Positions 16,796 to 24,437 of a DNA stretch of 47,241 nucleotides are shown here, one piece after another (the stretch's first letter is position 1; each line of letters opens with the position of its first letter). The notes under the pieces are model-generated. The model was given only the letters and a program-made list of their open reading frames with translations, did not search any database and had not been told where the DNA came from. The stretch covers positions 1 through 47,241 of the forward strand of contig MHSA01000001.1 in assembly GCA_001821135.1 (NCBI GenBank). Reading direction: 5' to 3'. Source of the stretch: Candidatus Taylorbacteria bacterium RIFCSPLOWO2_01_FULL_48_100 (lineage in GTDB: Bacteria > Patescibacteriota > Minisyncoccia > Phycocordibacterales > UBA10002). Position numbers and translations under genes: made by a program.

Positions 16796-17167
16796 ATGTT
16801 GCAACCGCGCGCCATCGTGAATATTGCAGATAATTCGGGCGGCAAAATCGGCCGCATTTTTAAGGTGCTTGGCGGTTCGCGCAAGCGCTATGCGGGCATT
16901 GGCGAGGTAGTCGTGTTGTCGGTGCAAAAGGCGGAGCCGCGCAAGACCGTCAAAAAGAAAGACATTCACCACGCGGTTATCGTGCGGAGCAGGAATGCCG
17001 TGCGCCGCGCGGATGGCTCGTACATTCGTTTTGATGAAAACGCCGTCGTGTTGGTAGACAAGGCGAAACACGAACCCATCGGCGGCCGCGTGTTCGGTCC
17101 AATTCCGCGCGAGATTGCTGAGATGGGTTTTACCGGGATTTCATCAAAAGCGGAAGAAATTGTCTAA
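16796..17167 (+). CDS. rplN: 50S ribosomal protein L14
   Basis: 123 aa. Motifs: MLQPRAIVNIADNSGGK, IRFDENAVVLV. Confidence 0.96.
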   Translation: MLQPRAIVNIADNSGGKIGRIFKVLGGSRKRYAGIGEVVVLSVQKAEPRKTVKKKDIHHAVIVRSRNAVRRADGSYIRFDENAVVLVDKAKHEPIGGRVFGPIPREIAEMGFTGISSKAEEIV

Positions 17168-17176
17168 TCAACTTTT

Positions 17177-17401
17177 ATGAAAATACACAAAGGAGATATT
17201 GTGAAGATACTTGCTGGCAGGGACCGCGGAAAAAGCGGCAAGGTGCTTGAGGCATTTCCAAAGAAGGAGCGCGTGCTTGTTGAGGGTGTCAATAAAGTAA
17301 AAAAGCACGAGCGGCCGCGCAAGGCGAACCAGAAAGGGCAGGTCGTGGAGCGCGCAATGCCGATACATATTTCCAATGTTGCGTTGGTGAAGAAGAAATA
17401 A
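17177..17401 (+). CDS. rplX: 50S ribosomal protein L24 (short form)
   Basis: 74 aa. It has the KOW motif MKIHKGDIVKILAGRDRGKSGKVL. Confidence 0.9.
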   Translation: MKIHKGDIVKILAGRDRGKSGKVLEAFPKKERVLVEGVNKVKKHERPRKANQKGQVVERAMPIHISNVALVKKK

Positions 17402-17406
17402 CGCAT

Positions 17407-17958
17407 ATGAAAACCATCAAGAAAAAAGAGGGAGAGGCGTTTGAGGCGCTGAAAAAGGAATTCTGCTATGCAAATATTATGCAAGCACCGCGCGTGAAAA
17501 GCGTGTCTGTGTCTGTAGGTACTGGTTCATTCAAAGACAAAAAGAAGATTGATATTGTATTAGACCGCCTTGCGAAAATTACAGGACAGAAACCCTCCCC
17601 ACGCGGCGCGAAAAAGTCCATCGCGTCGTTTAAGTCGCGCGAGGGAGATGTGGTGGGCGCGCTCGTCACCCTGCGCGGGCCGCAAATGTTCGGATTTTTA
17701 GATAAACTTGTACAAGTTGCTCTGCCGCGCACAAAGGACTTTCGCGGCATACCCCCGTCCGCAATTGACGAGATGGGGAACATCACCATAGGTGTGCGTG
17801 AGCACACCGTATTTCCGGAAACCGCAGACGAAGAATTGAAGGATGTCTTTGGTATGGGCATTACGATTGTAACGACTGCAAAAAACCGCGCCGAAGCTCG
17901 CGCCTTCCTTACGCATCTCGGCTTTCCGTTCTCCAAGCACGAAAAAGGGAGGAAGTAA
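17407..17958 (+). CDS. rplE: 50S ribosomal protein L5
   Basis: 183 aa. Motifs: NIMQAPRVKSVSVSVGTG, ALPRTKDFRG, FGMGITIVTTAK. Confidence 0.95.
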   Translation: MKTIKKKEGEAFEALKKEFCYANIMQAPRVKSVSVSVGTGSFKDKKKIDIVLDRLAKITGQKPSPRGAKKSIASFKSREGDVVGALVTLRGPQMFGFLDKLVQVALPRTKDFRGIPPSAIDEMGNITIGVREHTVFPETADEELKDVFGMGITIVTTAKNRAEARAFLTHLGFPFSKHEKGRK

Positions 17959-17976
17959 CAAAGTTTTCTCAGATTT

Positions 17977-18005
17977 TTGACATTCCGTATTGGTTTTGAT
18001 ACGAT
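17977..18005 (+). promoter_or_regulatory. Putative internal promoter upstream of rpsN
   Basis: TTGACA (17977-17982), a 17-nt spacer, then TACGAT (18000-18005). Confidence 0.35.
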
Positions 18006-18037
18006 AGGAGGACGCTCGTGGGGGCGTTTAATTTTGT

Positions 18038-18223
18038 ATGGCTAAGACCTCAGTCATTGCGCGCGCGCTTAAAAAACCGAAGTTTAGCACCCGCCTCGTG
18101 CGGCGCTGTTTTCGTTGTGGTAGGAAGCGCGCTTATATGCGCGATTTCGGAATGTGCCGCATCTGCTTCCGCGAGCTTGCGAACGATGGTCTAATTCCGG
18201 GGGTGCGCAAGTCCAGCTGGTAA
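18038..18223 (+). CDS. rpsN: 30S ribosomal protein S14, type Z (zinc-binding)
   Basis: 61 aa with CxxC...CxxC ([24 protein letters not shown]). Confidence 0.95.
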   Translation: MAKTSVIARALKKPKFSTRLVRRCFRCGRKRAYMRDFGMCRICFRELANDGLIPGVRKSSW

Positions 18224-18230
18224 CTTTTTT

Positions 18231-18617
18231 ATGGATTCAATTTCAAACATTGTAACTCGATTGAAGAATGCGGCGCGCGCGAAGCGCCAAGGCATAACTA
18301 TGCCGCATTCAAAGTTTGCGGAAGCGGCGCTAAAAGCACTTCACCGCGCGGGGTATGTGGAAAGCGTAAGCTCGCGTGGCGAGAACCATAAGCGCTCGCT
18401 TGAGGCGACGCTAAAGTACGAGAGTGGCTCGCCGGTTTTCAATGAAGTCCGCCGCATTTCCAAGCCGTCGCGCCGCTTGTACCGCGCCGCAAACGAGATT
18501 CGCCGAGTGCGCGCGGGATACGGCAAAATGTTCTTAACTACTTCGCGCGGAATTATGACCGACAATGAAGCGCGCAAGGCAAAAATCGGCGGCGAACCGC
18601 TTTTTCAGATTTGGTAA
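18231..18617 (+). CDS. rpsH: 30S ribosomal protein S8
   Basis: 128 aa. Motifs: DSISNIVTRLKNA, GYGKMFLTTSRGIMTDNEARKAKIGGEPLFQIW. Confidence 0.95.
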   Translation: MDSISNIVTRLKNAARAKRQGITMPHSKFAEAALKALHRAGYVESVSSRGENHKRSLEATLKYESGSPVFNEVRRISKPSRRLYRAANEIRRVRAGYGKMFLTTSRGIMTDNEARKAKIGGEPLFQIW

Positions 18618-18625
18618 TAAAAATT

Positions 18626-19159
18626 ATGAGCCGCCTTGCGAAAAAACCAATTGTGATTCCCGAGAAAACCGCTGTAACGGTAGCGGGTTCTTTCGTAACC
18701 GTAAAAGGTGCGTCCGCGACTCTTTCGCGCACATTCCACCCGGCGGTCAGCATTAAGAACGAAAACAATGTCATCTCCGTTGCCCTTTCTGGGAATTCGC
18801 CGAAGTTGAAACCACTCGTCGGTACTACTGTCGCACACATAAAGAATATGATTGCTGGGTCCAACAAGCCGTTTGAAAAGAATCTCGTTGTTGAGGGGAT
18901 TGGATTTAAAGCAGATGTAAAAGGGAGTACACTCACACTCTCGCTCGGGTTCACACATCCAGTAATAGTATCTATCCCGCAAGGGCTAGTAGTTACTGCG
19001 GAAAAGAATGTGATAAAAGTTGTTGGTCCTGACATTGAGACAGTCGGGCAGTTTGCGGCTTTTGTACGCGAACGACGCAAGCCAGAGCCGTACAAAGGCA
19101 AGGGTATCCGATACGAAAACGAAGTTATCCGCAGAAAGCAAGGTAAAAAAACAGTATAG
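18626..19159 (+). CDS. rplF: 50S ribosomal protein L6
   Basis: Start at MSRLAKKPIVIPEKT inside ORF 18611-19159. C-terminal motif: EPYKGKGIRYENEVIRRK.GK. Confidence 0.95.
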   Translation: MSRLAKKPIVIPEKTAVTVAGSFVTVKGASATLSRTFHPAVSIKNENNVISVALSGNSPKLKPLVGTTVAHIKNMIAGSNKPFEKNLVVEGIGFKADVKGSTLTLSLGFTHPVIVSIPQGLVVTAEKNVIKVVGPDIETVGQFAAFVRERRKPEPYKGKGIRYENEVIRRKQGKKTV

Positions 19160-19172
19160 TTACAATTTCTTT

Positions 19173-19224
19173 ATTCGTAGTCATTCGTAGTCATTCGTAG
19201 ATTCGTATTGTTCGTATATTCGTA
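19173..19224 (+). repeat. ATTCGTA repeat block, copy 2 (6 direct units, spacing 10, 10, 8, 9-10 and 7-8 bp)
   Basis: attcgta at 19173, 19183, 19193, 19201 and 19218, plus (g)ttcgta at 19211. The block is homologous to 22557-22607. Confidence 0.8.
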
Positions 19225-19234
19225 TATTAAGTTT

Positions 19235-19576
19235 ATGAAATCAAAAACACTCAAAAGAGAACGACGTCACCGTCGCATTCGCGCGAAGGTTATTGGTACT
19301 CCCGAACGACCTCGGCTTTCCGTTTTCCGTTCCAATCACTTTTTGTCGGCGCAAGTTATTGATGATTCTACGCGCGCGACGCTCGCGGCTGTATCAACGC
19401 GCGCCGTAAAGGGAAAAACGCCGCTTGAAAAGGCGCGGAGTGCCGGAGAGGCGGTCGCCGCGGCGGCTATAAAAAAAGGTGTTAAAAAAGCGGCGTTTGA
19501 CCGCGGCGGGTATGGCTATTTGGGGGCAGTGCGCGCGTTTGCAGAAGGCGCGCGCGCGGGCGGACTTGAGTTTTAG
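19235..19576 (+). CDS. rplR: 50S ribosomal protein L18
   Basis: Start at MKSKTLKRERRHRRIRAKV. The listed TTG start at 19208 lies inside the repeat block. Motif: FDRGGY.YLGAVRAFAEGARAGGLEF. Confidence 0.93.
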   Translation: MKSKTLKRERRHRRIRAKVIGTPERPRLSVFRSNHFLSAQVIDDSTRATLAAVSTRAVKGKTPLEKARSAGEAVAAAAIKKGVKKAAFDRGGYGYLGAVRAFAEGARAGGLEF

Positions 19577-19605
19577 ATACAAAGACGGTAGTTTTACAAA
19601 ATACT

Positions 19606-20244
19606 ATGAACGATTCTATTTCAACAGAACCAAAGAAGGATGCGATGGGTGAAGCGCCCGTTTCTGCTCCAAGCGCGGCGGAGGCGCACGCACCTGTTCG
19701 TGCGGGTGCAGGAGACGGACAGCGTCGCGAGCCGCGTCGCAACGAGCGCCGACGCGCACGCCCCGAGCGGGCAAAGCCGGAGTTTGATGAAAAACTCTTG
19801 GCGCTCAAGCGCGTTGCGCGTGTTGCTGCGGGAGGCAGACGGTTCAACTTTAGCGCGGCGGTTGTTGTGGGGAATCGGCGCGGCGCGGTGGGCGTTGCGG
19901 TCGGCAAAGGCGCAGACACGGCACTCGCGATGGAAAAGGCAACGCGGAATGCGCGCAAAAACGCCGTGCGGCCGCACCTGACGCATGATATGTCCATTCC
20001 ACACGAAGCGCGCGCTAAGTACTCTAGTGCCATTGTGGAAATACGGCCGGCGCGCGGAAGAGGTCTTGTTGCCGGAAGCGCGGCACGCGCAGTGCTTGAA
20101 CTTGCTGGTGTAAAAGATGTGTCTGCGAAAGTGCTCACCGGAAGCAAAAATAAATTGAATATTGCGCAAGCAACAATCAAAGCATTATCAACACTACAAA
20201 AACCGAGATTGGAGAAATCCATCCCTCAATCCCTTCCTTTATAA
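19606..20244 (+). CDS. rpsE: 30S ribosomal protein S5 with an N-terminal Ala/Arg/Glu-rich extension
   Basis: 212 aa. The core is LLALKRVARVAAGGRRFNFSAAVVVGNRRG.VGVAVGKG. It is preceded by an extension of about 55 aa. Confidence 0.94.
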   Translation: MNDSISTEPKKDAMGEAPVSAPSAAEAHAPVRAGAGDGQRREPRRNERRRARPERAKPEFDEKLLALKRVARVAAGGRRFNFSAAVVVGNRRGAVGVAVGKGADTALAMEKATRNARKNAVRPHLTHDMSIPHEARAKYSSAIVEIRPARGRGLVAGSAARAVLELAGVKDVSAKVLTGSKNKLNIAQATIKALSTLQKPRLEKSIPQSLPL

Positions 20245-20252
20245 AGGAAGGG
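20231..20252. other. Perfect 22-bp palindrome spanning the rpsE stop codon
   Basis: cccttccttta|taaaggaaggg. It could be a processing or attenuation hairpin between rpsE and rplO. Confidence 0.3.
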
Positions 20253-20275
20253 ACTCAGGAAAGGATTTTAAGTAT

Positions 20276-20716
20276 ATGCAACTAAACACTTTACAACGGG
20301 TTCATCCGAATCAACGCTCCGCGCAAGTTGGGCGTGGTGGGAAGCGCGGTAAAACGAGCGGTCGCGGCGGCAAGGGGCAGACCGCGCGTGCAGGCAACAA
20401 GCCGCGCCCGGAGTTCCGCGACGCACTGATGAAGATACCGAAACAGCGCGGGCGCGGCACAAACACCTTTAAATCATTTCAGCCAAGACCGGATATTGTG
20501 TCCATTGCCGATCTTGAACGCGCGTTTTCTCATGGCGATACCGTTACGGCAGAGTCGCTTCTCGCAAAAGGGCTTATTCAGAAGCGCTCGGGGAATATGC
20601 CTCAAGTAAAAATTCTTGGAGACGGTGTTCTTACGAAGAAGCTCGCTGTGAGCGGCTGTGCCGCGTCGGCAAGCGCGCGGAAGAAAATAGAAGCGGCAGG
20701 AGGTTTAATCTCATGA
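20276..20716 (+). CDS. rplO: 50S ribosomal protein L15
   Basis: Start at MQLNTLQ inside ORF 20162-20716. Motif: VGRGGKRGKTSGRGGKGQ.AR.G. Confidence 0.93.
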   Translation: MQLNTLQRVHPNQRSAQVGRGGKRGKTSGRGGKGQTARAGNKPRPEFRDALMKIPKQRGRGTNTFKSFQPRPDIVSIADLERAFSHGDTVTAESLLAKGLIQKRSGNMPQVKILGDGVLTKKLAVSGCAASASARKKIEAAGGLIS

Positions 20717-21984
20717 CTTCTTTTTTACAAAAAGCAAAGCTTGTCTTTACCGATAAGGTGCTCCGCAAGCGCATTCTGTTTGTTGCCGGCGCGTTTGTGC
20801 TTTTCCGACTTCTTGCTTCCGTGCCAATTCCTGGGATTGACGAAACACGCCTCGCGCGCCTTCTGGAGGGCAATCAATTTCTTGGGCTTTTCAATATTTT
20901 CTCCGGCGGCGGGCTTGATAACCTCTCTATTGTTATGTTGGGAGTCGGCCCGTACATCACGGCCTCCATCATTATGCAGCTCTTGACGATGGTATTTCCA
21001 AAGCTCAAAGCACTATATCACGAAGAAGGGGAGCTCGGCAGAAAACGGTTTGCGCAATACTCGCGCCTTTTAACGCTTCCGCTCGCGCTAATTTCCAGTT
21101 TCGGATTTTTAGTTCTGCTTTCGCGGCAAGGCGTGCTCGGAGACCTGTCTTCTTTTGCAACACTTATAAATATGTCGCTGGTGGTTGCCGGCGCTTTCCT
21201 GCTTATGTGGATTGGCGAGCTCGCGACTGAGTTCGGCATCGGAAGCGGCGTATCGCTCATCATTTTTGCGGGCATTGTATCAGGAATCCCGAAAGGAATC
21301 ACAGCGCTTGCACTCTCTTTTGACCCATCGCAGATTCCGCTCTATGTAGCGTTTCTTGTTGCGGCGCTCGCAGTGATTTACGGTGTCGTGGTGGTGAGTG
21401 AGGCGGAACGACCTGTGCCGATAACTTACGCGAAGCGCGTGCGGGGGATGAAGCAATATGGCGGCGTATCTACCTACTTGCCCCTCCGCGTCAATCAGGC
21501 GGGTGTGATTCCGATTATCTTTGCGCTCTCCATTCTTTTGTTCCCGCAAATGATTTTGAGTTTTACGGCGAATGTAAGCAATCCGCTTGTGCAGAAAATT
21601 GCATCAACGCTTCTCGCCCTTTTCTCAAATGGATGGTTTTATTCCTCTTTGTACTTCCTGCTTGTGCTTGTCTTTACCTATTTTTATACCGCAGTTACCT
21701 TTGAGCCGGAATCGGTTGCGACCAATTTGCAAAAAAACGGAGCGTTCGTGCCGGGAGTTCGCCCAGGGCGCGCAACCGCAGAATATCTTTCTAAAATCGT
21801 AACGCGCATTACGCTTGTCGGAGCGGTATTCCTCGCGCTTGTTGCCGTGCTCCCTCTCGCGATGCAAGGAGTTACCGGAAACACCAACCTCGCTATCGGC
21901 GGCACCGCGCTCCTCATTGTCGTCTCCGTCGTGCTTGATTTGGTAAAGAAAATAGACGCGCAGGTCGCGATGCGAGAGTACTAG
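20713..21984 (+). CDS. secY: Preprotein translocase subunit SecY
   Basis: 423 aa with 10 TM helices. Motifs: GIDE...FSGGGLDNLSIVMLGVGPYITASIIMQLL, GELATEFGIGSGVSLIIFAGI. The ATGA start overlaps the rplO stop. Confidence 0.96.
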   Translation: MTSFLQKAKLVFTDKVLRKRILFVAGAFVLFRLLASVPIPGIDETRLARLLEGNQFLGLFNIFSGGGLDNLSIVMLGVGPYITASIIMQLLTMVFPKLKALYHEEGELGRKRFAQYSRLLTLPLALISSFGFLVLLSRQGVLGDLSSFATLINMSLVVAGAFLLMWIGELATEFGIGSGVSLIIFAGIVSGIPKGITALALSFDPSQIPLYVAFLVAALAVIYGVVVVSEAERPVPITYAKRVRGMKQYGGVSTYLPLRVNQAGVIPIIFALSILLFPQMILSFTANVSNPLVQKIASTLLALFSNGWFYSSLYFLLVLVFTYFYTAVTFEPESVATNLQKNGAFVPGVRPGRATAEYLSKIVTRITLVGAVFLALVAVLPLAMQGVTGNTNLAIGGTALLIVVSVVLDLVKKIDAQVAMREY

Positions 21985-21990
21985 AATCTT

Positions 21991-22116
21991 TCCTCTCGCC
22001 CTTTTCCAAAGGGGGAGTACCCGAGCGAAGCGAGGGGGAGGGGGTGATTTTACAGTTCAAATAAACCCCTCCGCCTCGCGGACTCGGCACCTCCCCTTAG
22101 GTTAAGGGCAGGAGGT
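21991..22116. repeat. GC-rich modular palindromic repeat, copy B (X then Y, full length)
   Basis: It aligns with 2408-2518 over both modules and has an extra gactcggcacctcccc segment that it shares with copy C. Confidence 0.8.
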
Positions 22117-22126
22117 TAATACATAA

Positions 22127-22159
22127 AATAAAAAAACGCACGGACTTTTGGTCCGTGCG
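22127..22159 (-). terminator. Intrinsic terminator of the minus-strand gene 22174-22428
   Basis: A 9-bp stem pairs cgcacggac with gtccgtgcg around a ttttg loop. The A-tract on the plus strand gives a T-tract on the minus strand. Confidence 0.7.
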
Positions 22160-22173
22160 GTGGATAGTTCGCC

Positions 22174-22428
22174 TTATCGGTTGTGTCCAAATTCCAATGT
22201 TTGGTCATTTAGGAGTCGGAGCACTTCCTCATTTTTGCCCGCTTCTGCTGCCACGCGGATTTTCTTGACATGCGCGAAAGCGGCTTCTACATTTTCTCGC
22301 ACAAGGTTGAATCTGTATCGGAAGTCCTCAACTGTGGCTCCTCCCGCCATCATGAGTCCGATCTTATGTGTGTCCACATGATGTATGGTTGTGAGCAAAC
22401 ATAGTTCCAAGTTACCATTTTCTTTCAT
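22174..22428 (-). CDS. Hypothetical protein inserted antisense between secY and adk
   Basis: Start chosen at the ATG at 22428 (MKENGNLELCLL...), which is preceded by aagaaaggg. The listed longer ORF begins at a TTG. It has its own promoter and terminator. No family was recognised. Confidence 0.55.
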   Translation of the reverse strand: MKENGNLELCLLTTIHHVDTHKIGLMMAGGATVEDFRYRFNLVRENVEAAFAHVKKIRVAAEAGKNEEVLRLLNDQTLEFGHNR

Positions 22429-22485
22429 AAGCCCTTTCTTTTTTGTTTTGATTTTAAGCCGTCTTTCCAAAGAACGACTGCGTAC

Positions 22486-22514
22486 AAGTTAGCATAATGC
22501 ACAGATTCTGTCAA
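22486..22514 (-). promoter_or_regulatory. Putative promoter of the minus-strand gene 22174-22428
   Basis: On the minus strand: TTGACA (22514-22509), a 17-nt spacer, then TAACTT (22491-22486). Confidence 0.4.
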
Positions 22515-22556
22515 TGTTTGTGAACGCGCTATTTCGCGTTACTATTCCTATGTATT

Positions 22557-22607
22557 ATTCGTAGCCATTCGCAGATTCGTATTGTTCGTATTGTTCGTAT
22601 ATTCGTA
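22557..22607 (+). repeat. ATTCGTA repeat block, copy 3
   Basis: ttattcgtagccattcgcagattcgtattgttcgtattgttcgtatattcgtATG is about 85% identical to copy 2. The last unit abuts the ATG at 22607. Confidence 0.8.
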
Positions 22608-23200
22608 TGTTTAACTCACCACAAACCTTTATGTTCATCGGGCGGAGCGGGTGCGGCAAGGGCACGCAGGCGGCGCTTTTGCATGATTATATTAAAAAGC
22701 AAGACCAGAAACGGGAGATTTTAATGATTGAGACGGGCGTGAAAATCCGCGCGTTTATCGCGGAGGAAAAAGGATACGCCGCGGAACTCTCGCGCGAGAT
22801 TTACGACGCCGGCGTGCTACAGCCCGGGTTCCTTACAACATGGACATGGTCGTCGGTTTTGATAAAAGAACTTCGCGAAGACATGAATCTTATGTTTGAC
22901 GGCACGCCGCGGCGTATTCTTGAAGCGCACTTGCTTGATTCCGCCTTTACCTTTTTTAAGCGCGAAAAGCCGCATCTCATATTCCTCAATGTATCGCGCG
23001 AATGGGCGTGCGAGCGGCTTCTCGCGCGCAAACGGATGGACGATGGTAAGAAAGATATTGACGCTCGCCTCGCGTGGTACGACACCGAGGTTGTGCCGGC
23101 AATTGAGTTTTACCGCAATAATTCTGATTATCGTTTCCACAACATCAACGGCGAGCAGGAAATTGCAAAAGTACATTTTGATGTTATAAAGTCTTTGTGA
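22607..23200 (+). CDS. adk: Adenylate kinase
   Basis: 197 aa. It has the P-loop FIGRSGCGKGTQAALL and sits in the position between secY and map. An alternative start at 22631 (MFIGRSG) is possible. Confidence 0.85.
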   Translation: MFNSPQTFMFIGRSGCGKGTQAALLHDYIKKQDQKREILMIETGVKIRAFIAEEKGYAAELSREIYDAGVLQPGFLTTWTWSSVLIKELREDMNLMFDGTPRRILEAHLLDSAFTFFKREKPHLIFLNVSREWACERLLARKRMDDGKKDIDARLAWYDTEVVPAIEFYRNNSDYRFHNINGEQEIAKVHFDVIKSL

Positions 23201-23967
23201 TTTCCATTAAATCAAAAGAAGAGATAGTGACTTTGCGCGAAGGGGGCAAACGGCTCGCTTCTATTTTGTCGCGTGTGGTGGAGGCGGTGCGCCATGGCGT
23301 ACCGTCGCTTGAGCTGGATGCGCTCGCGCGACGCCTGATTGCGGAAGGTGGAGATACTCCGTCTTTTCTTAATTATCAGGGAAAGGGCGACAAGAAAAAA
23401 TTTCCCTCGGCACTGTGCGTGTCGGTGAACGAAGAGGTGGTGCACGGAGTTCCGAGCGCGGAAAAGATTTTACAAGAAGGCGATATTGTCGGTGTTGACC
23501 TAGGGCTATTTCATAAAGGATTGTGTACAGACGCGGCAATTACTGTGCCAGTCGGCGAAATAAGCGAAGAGTCACGAAAGCTTTTGGAAGTTACAAAACA
23601 AGCGCTCGCGCGCGGCGTTGCCGCCGCGCGAACAGGCGCGACTATTGGCGACATTGGGTACGCCGTGGAATCGTTTGTAAAGTCGCAGAGTAATTTTGGG
23701 ATCGTGCGCGCTCTTTCGGGGCACGGTGTCGGCTATGCAGTACACGAGGAGCCGTTTGTGCCGAATTATGGAAAGCAGGGCGAAGGTATTAAACTTGAAG
23801 CGGGGATGGTGCTTGCGATTGAGCCAATGCTTACGCTCGGCGGCGAGAAAGTCGTGATAAGCCACGACGGATTTGCGTTCCGCACGAAAGATGGTAGCCG
23901 TTCCGCGCACTTTGAGCACACAATCGCGATTACCGAAAACGAAGTTGAAGTATTAACAAGGTGTTGA
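23197..23967 (+). CDS. map: Methionine aminopeptidase, type I
   Basis: 256 aa. The GTG start overlaps the adk stop. Motifs: IKSKEEIVTLREGG, VHG.P, DIVGVDLG, GHGVG...HEEP, LAIEP, EHT. Confidence 0.94.
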   Translation: MISIKSKEEIVTLREGGKRLASILSRVVEAVRHGVPSLELDALARRLIAEGGDTPSFLNYQGKGDKKKFPSALCVSVNEEVVHGVPSAEKILQEGDIVGVDLGLFHKGLCTDAAITVPVGEISEESRKLLEVTKQALARGVAAARTGATIGDIGYAVESFVKSQSNFGIVRALSGHGVGYAVHEEPFVPNYGKQGEGIKLEAGMVLAIEPMLTLGGEKVVISHDGFAFRTKDGSRSAHFEHTIAITENEVEVLTRC

Positions 23968-24003
23968 TTATATCGCGGATTTTTGCTATACTTTTCTTTA
24001 TCT

Positions 24004-24231
24004 ATGGAAAATCGTATTTTTACGGCAATATATAAAAAGACGGGCGCGTGGATAAGCGCGTGGATTGAGGAAATTCCAGGTGTGAACACGCAAGGAAAGA
24101 CGCGAAAAGAAGCGCAGGAGAATCTAAAAGAAGCGCTCTTTTTGACTTTGGTTTCTCGTCGCGAACTTTCTAAATTGCAGCACAAGACGGGGTTGCATCG
24201 GCAACTCTTGCAAGTGCGCGTGCCCGCGTAA
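24004..24231 (+). CDS. hicB: HicB-like antitoxin (second module)
   Basis: Start at MENRIFTAIYKKTGAWISAWIEEIPGVNTQGKTRKEAQENLKEAL (UPF0150 pattern). hicA follows directly. Confidence 0.7.
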   Translation: MENRIFTAIYKKTGAWISAWIEEIPGVNTQGKTRKEAQENLKEALFLTLVSRRELSKLQHKTGLHRQLLQVRVPA

Positions 24232-24236
24232 TTGCT

Positions 24237-24434
24237 ATGAAACGGCGGGAACTCATAGCGCACCTTGAAGCAAATGGTTGTCTTTTGCTTCGTGAGGGTT
24301 CAAAACATTCAATGTACTTTCATAAAGGAAACCAGACGACATCCAGCGTGCCTCGCCACAACGAAGTTAATAATTTTCTTGCTAAAAAGATATGCAACGA
24401 CCTCGGTATTGATACATTTGGTATGAAAAAATAA
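24237..24434 (+). CDS. hicA: HicA-family toxin (second module)
   Basis: 65 aa. Motif: RELIAHLEANGCLLLREGSKHSMYFH.....TSSVPRHNEV. Confidence 0.8.
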   Translation: MKRRELIAHLEANGCLLLREGSKHSMYFHKGNQTTSSVPRHNEVNNFLAKKICNDLGIDTFGMKK

Positions 24435-24437
24435 CAC

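Noticed and set aside
19173-19224. ATTCGTA arrays as a CRISPR array
   Set aside because: The repeat period is 8-10 bp with no spacers, the total length is about 50 bp, and there are no cas genes.
19482-20222. 246-aa minus-strand ORF, plus the 182-aa and 113-aa ORFs overlapping rpsE
   Set aside because: They are shadow frames of the GC-rich, Ala/Arg-rich rpsE gene.
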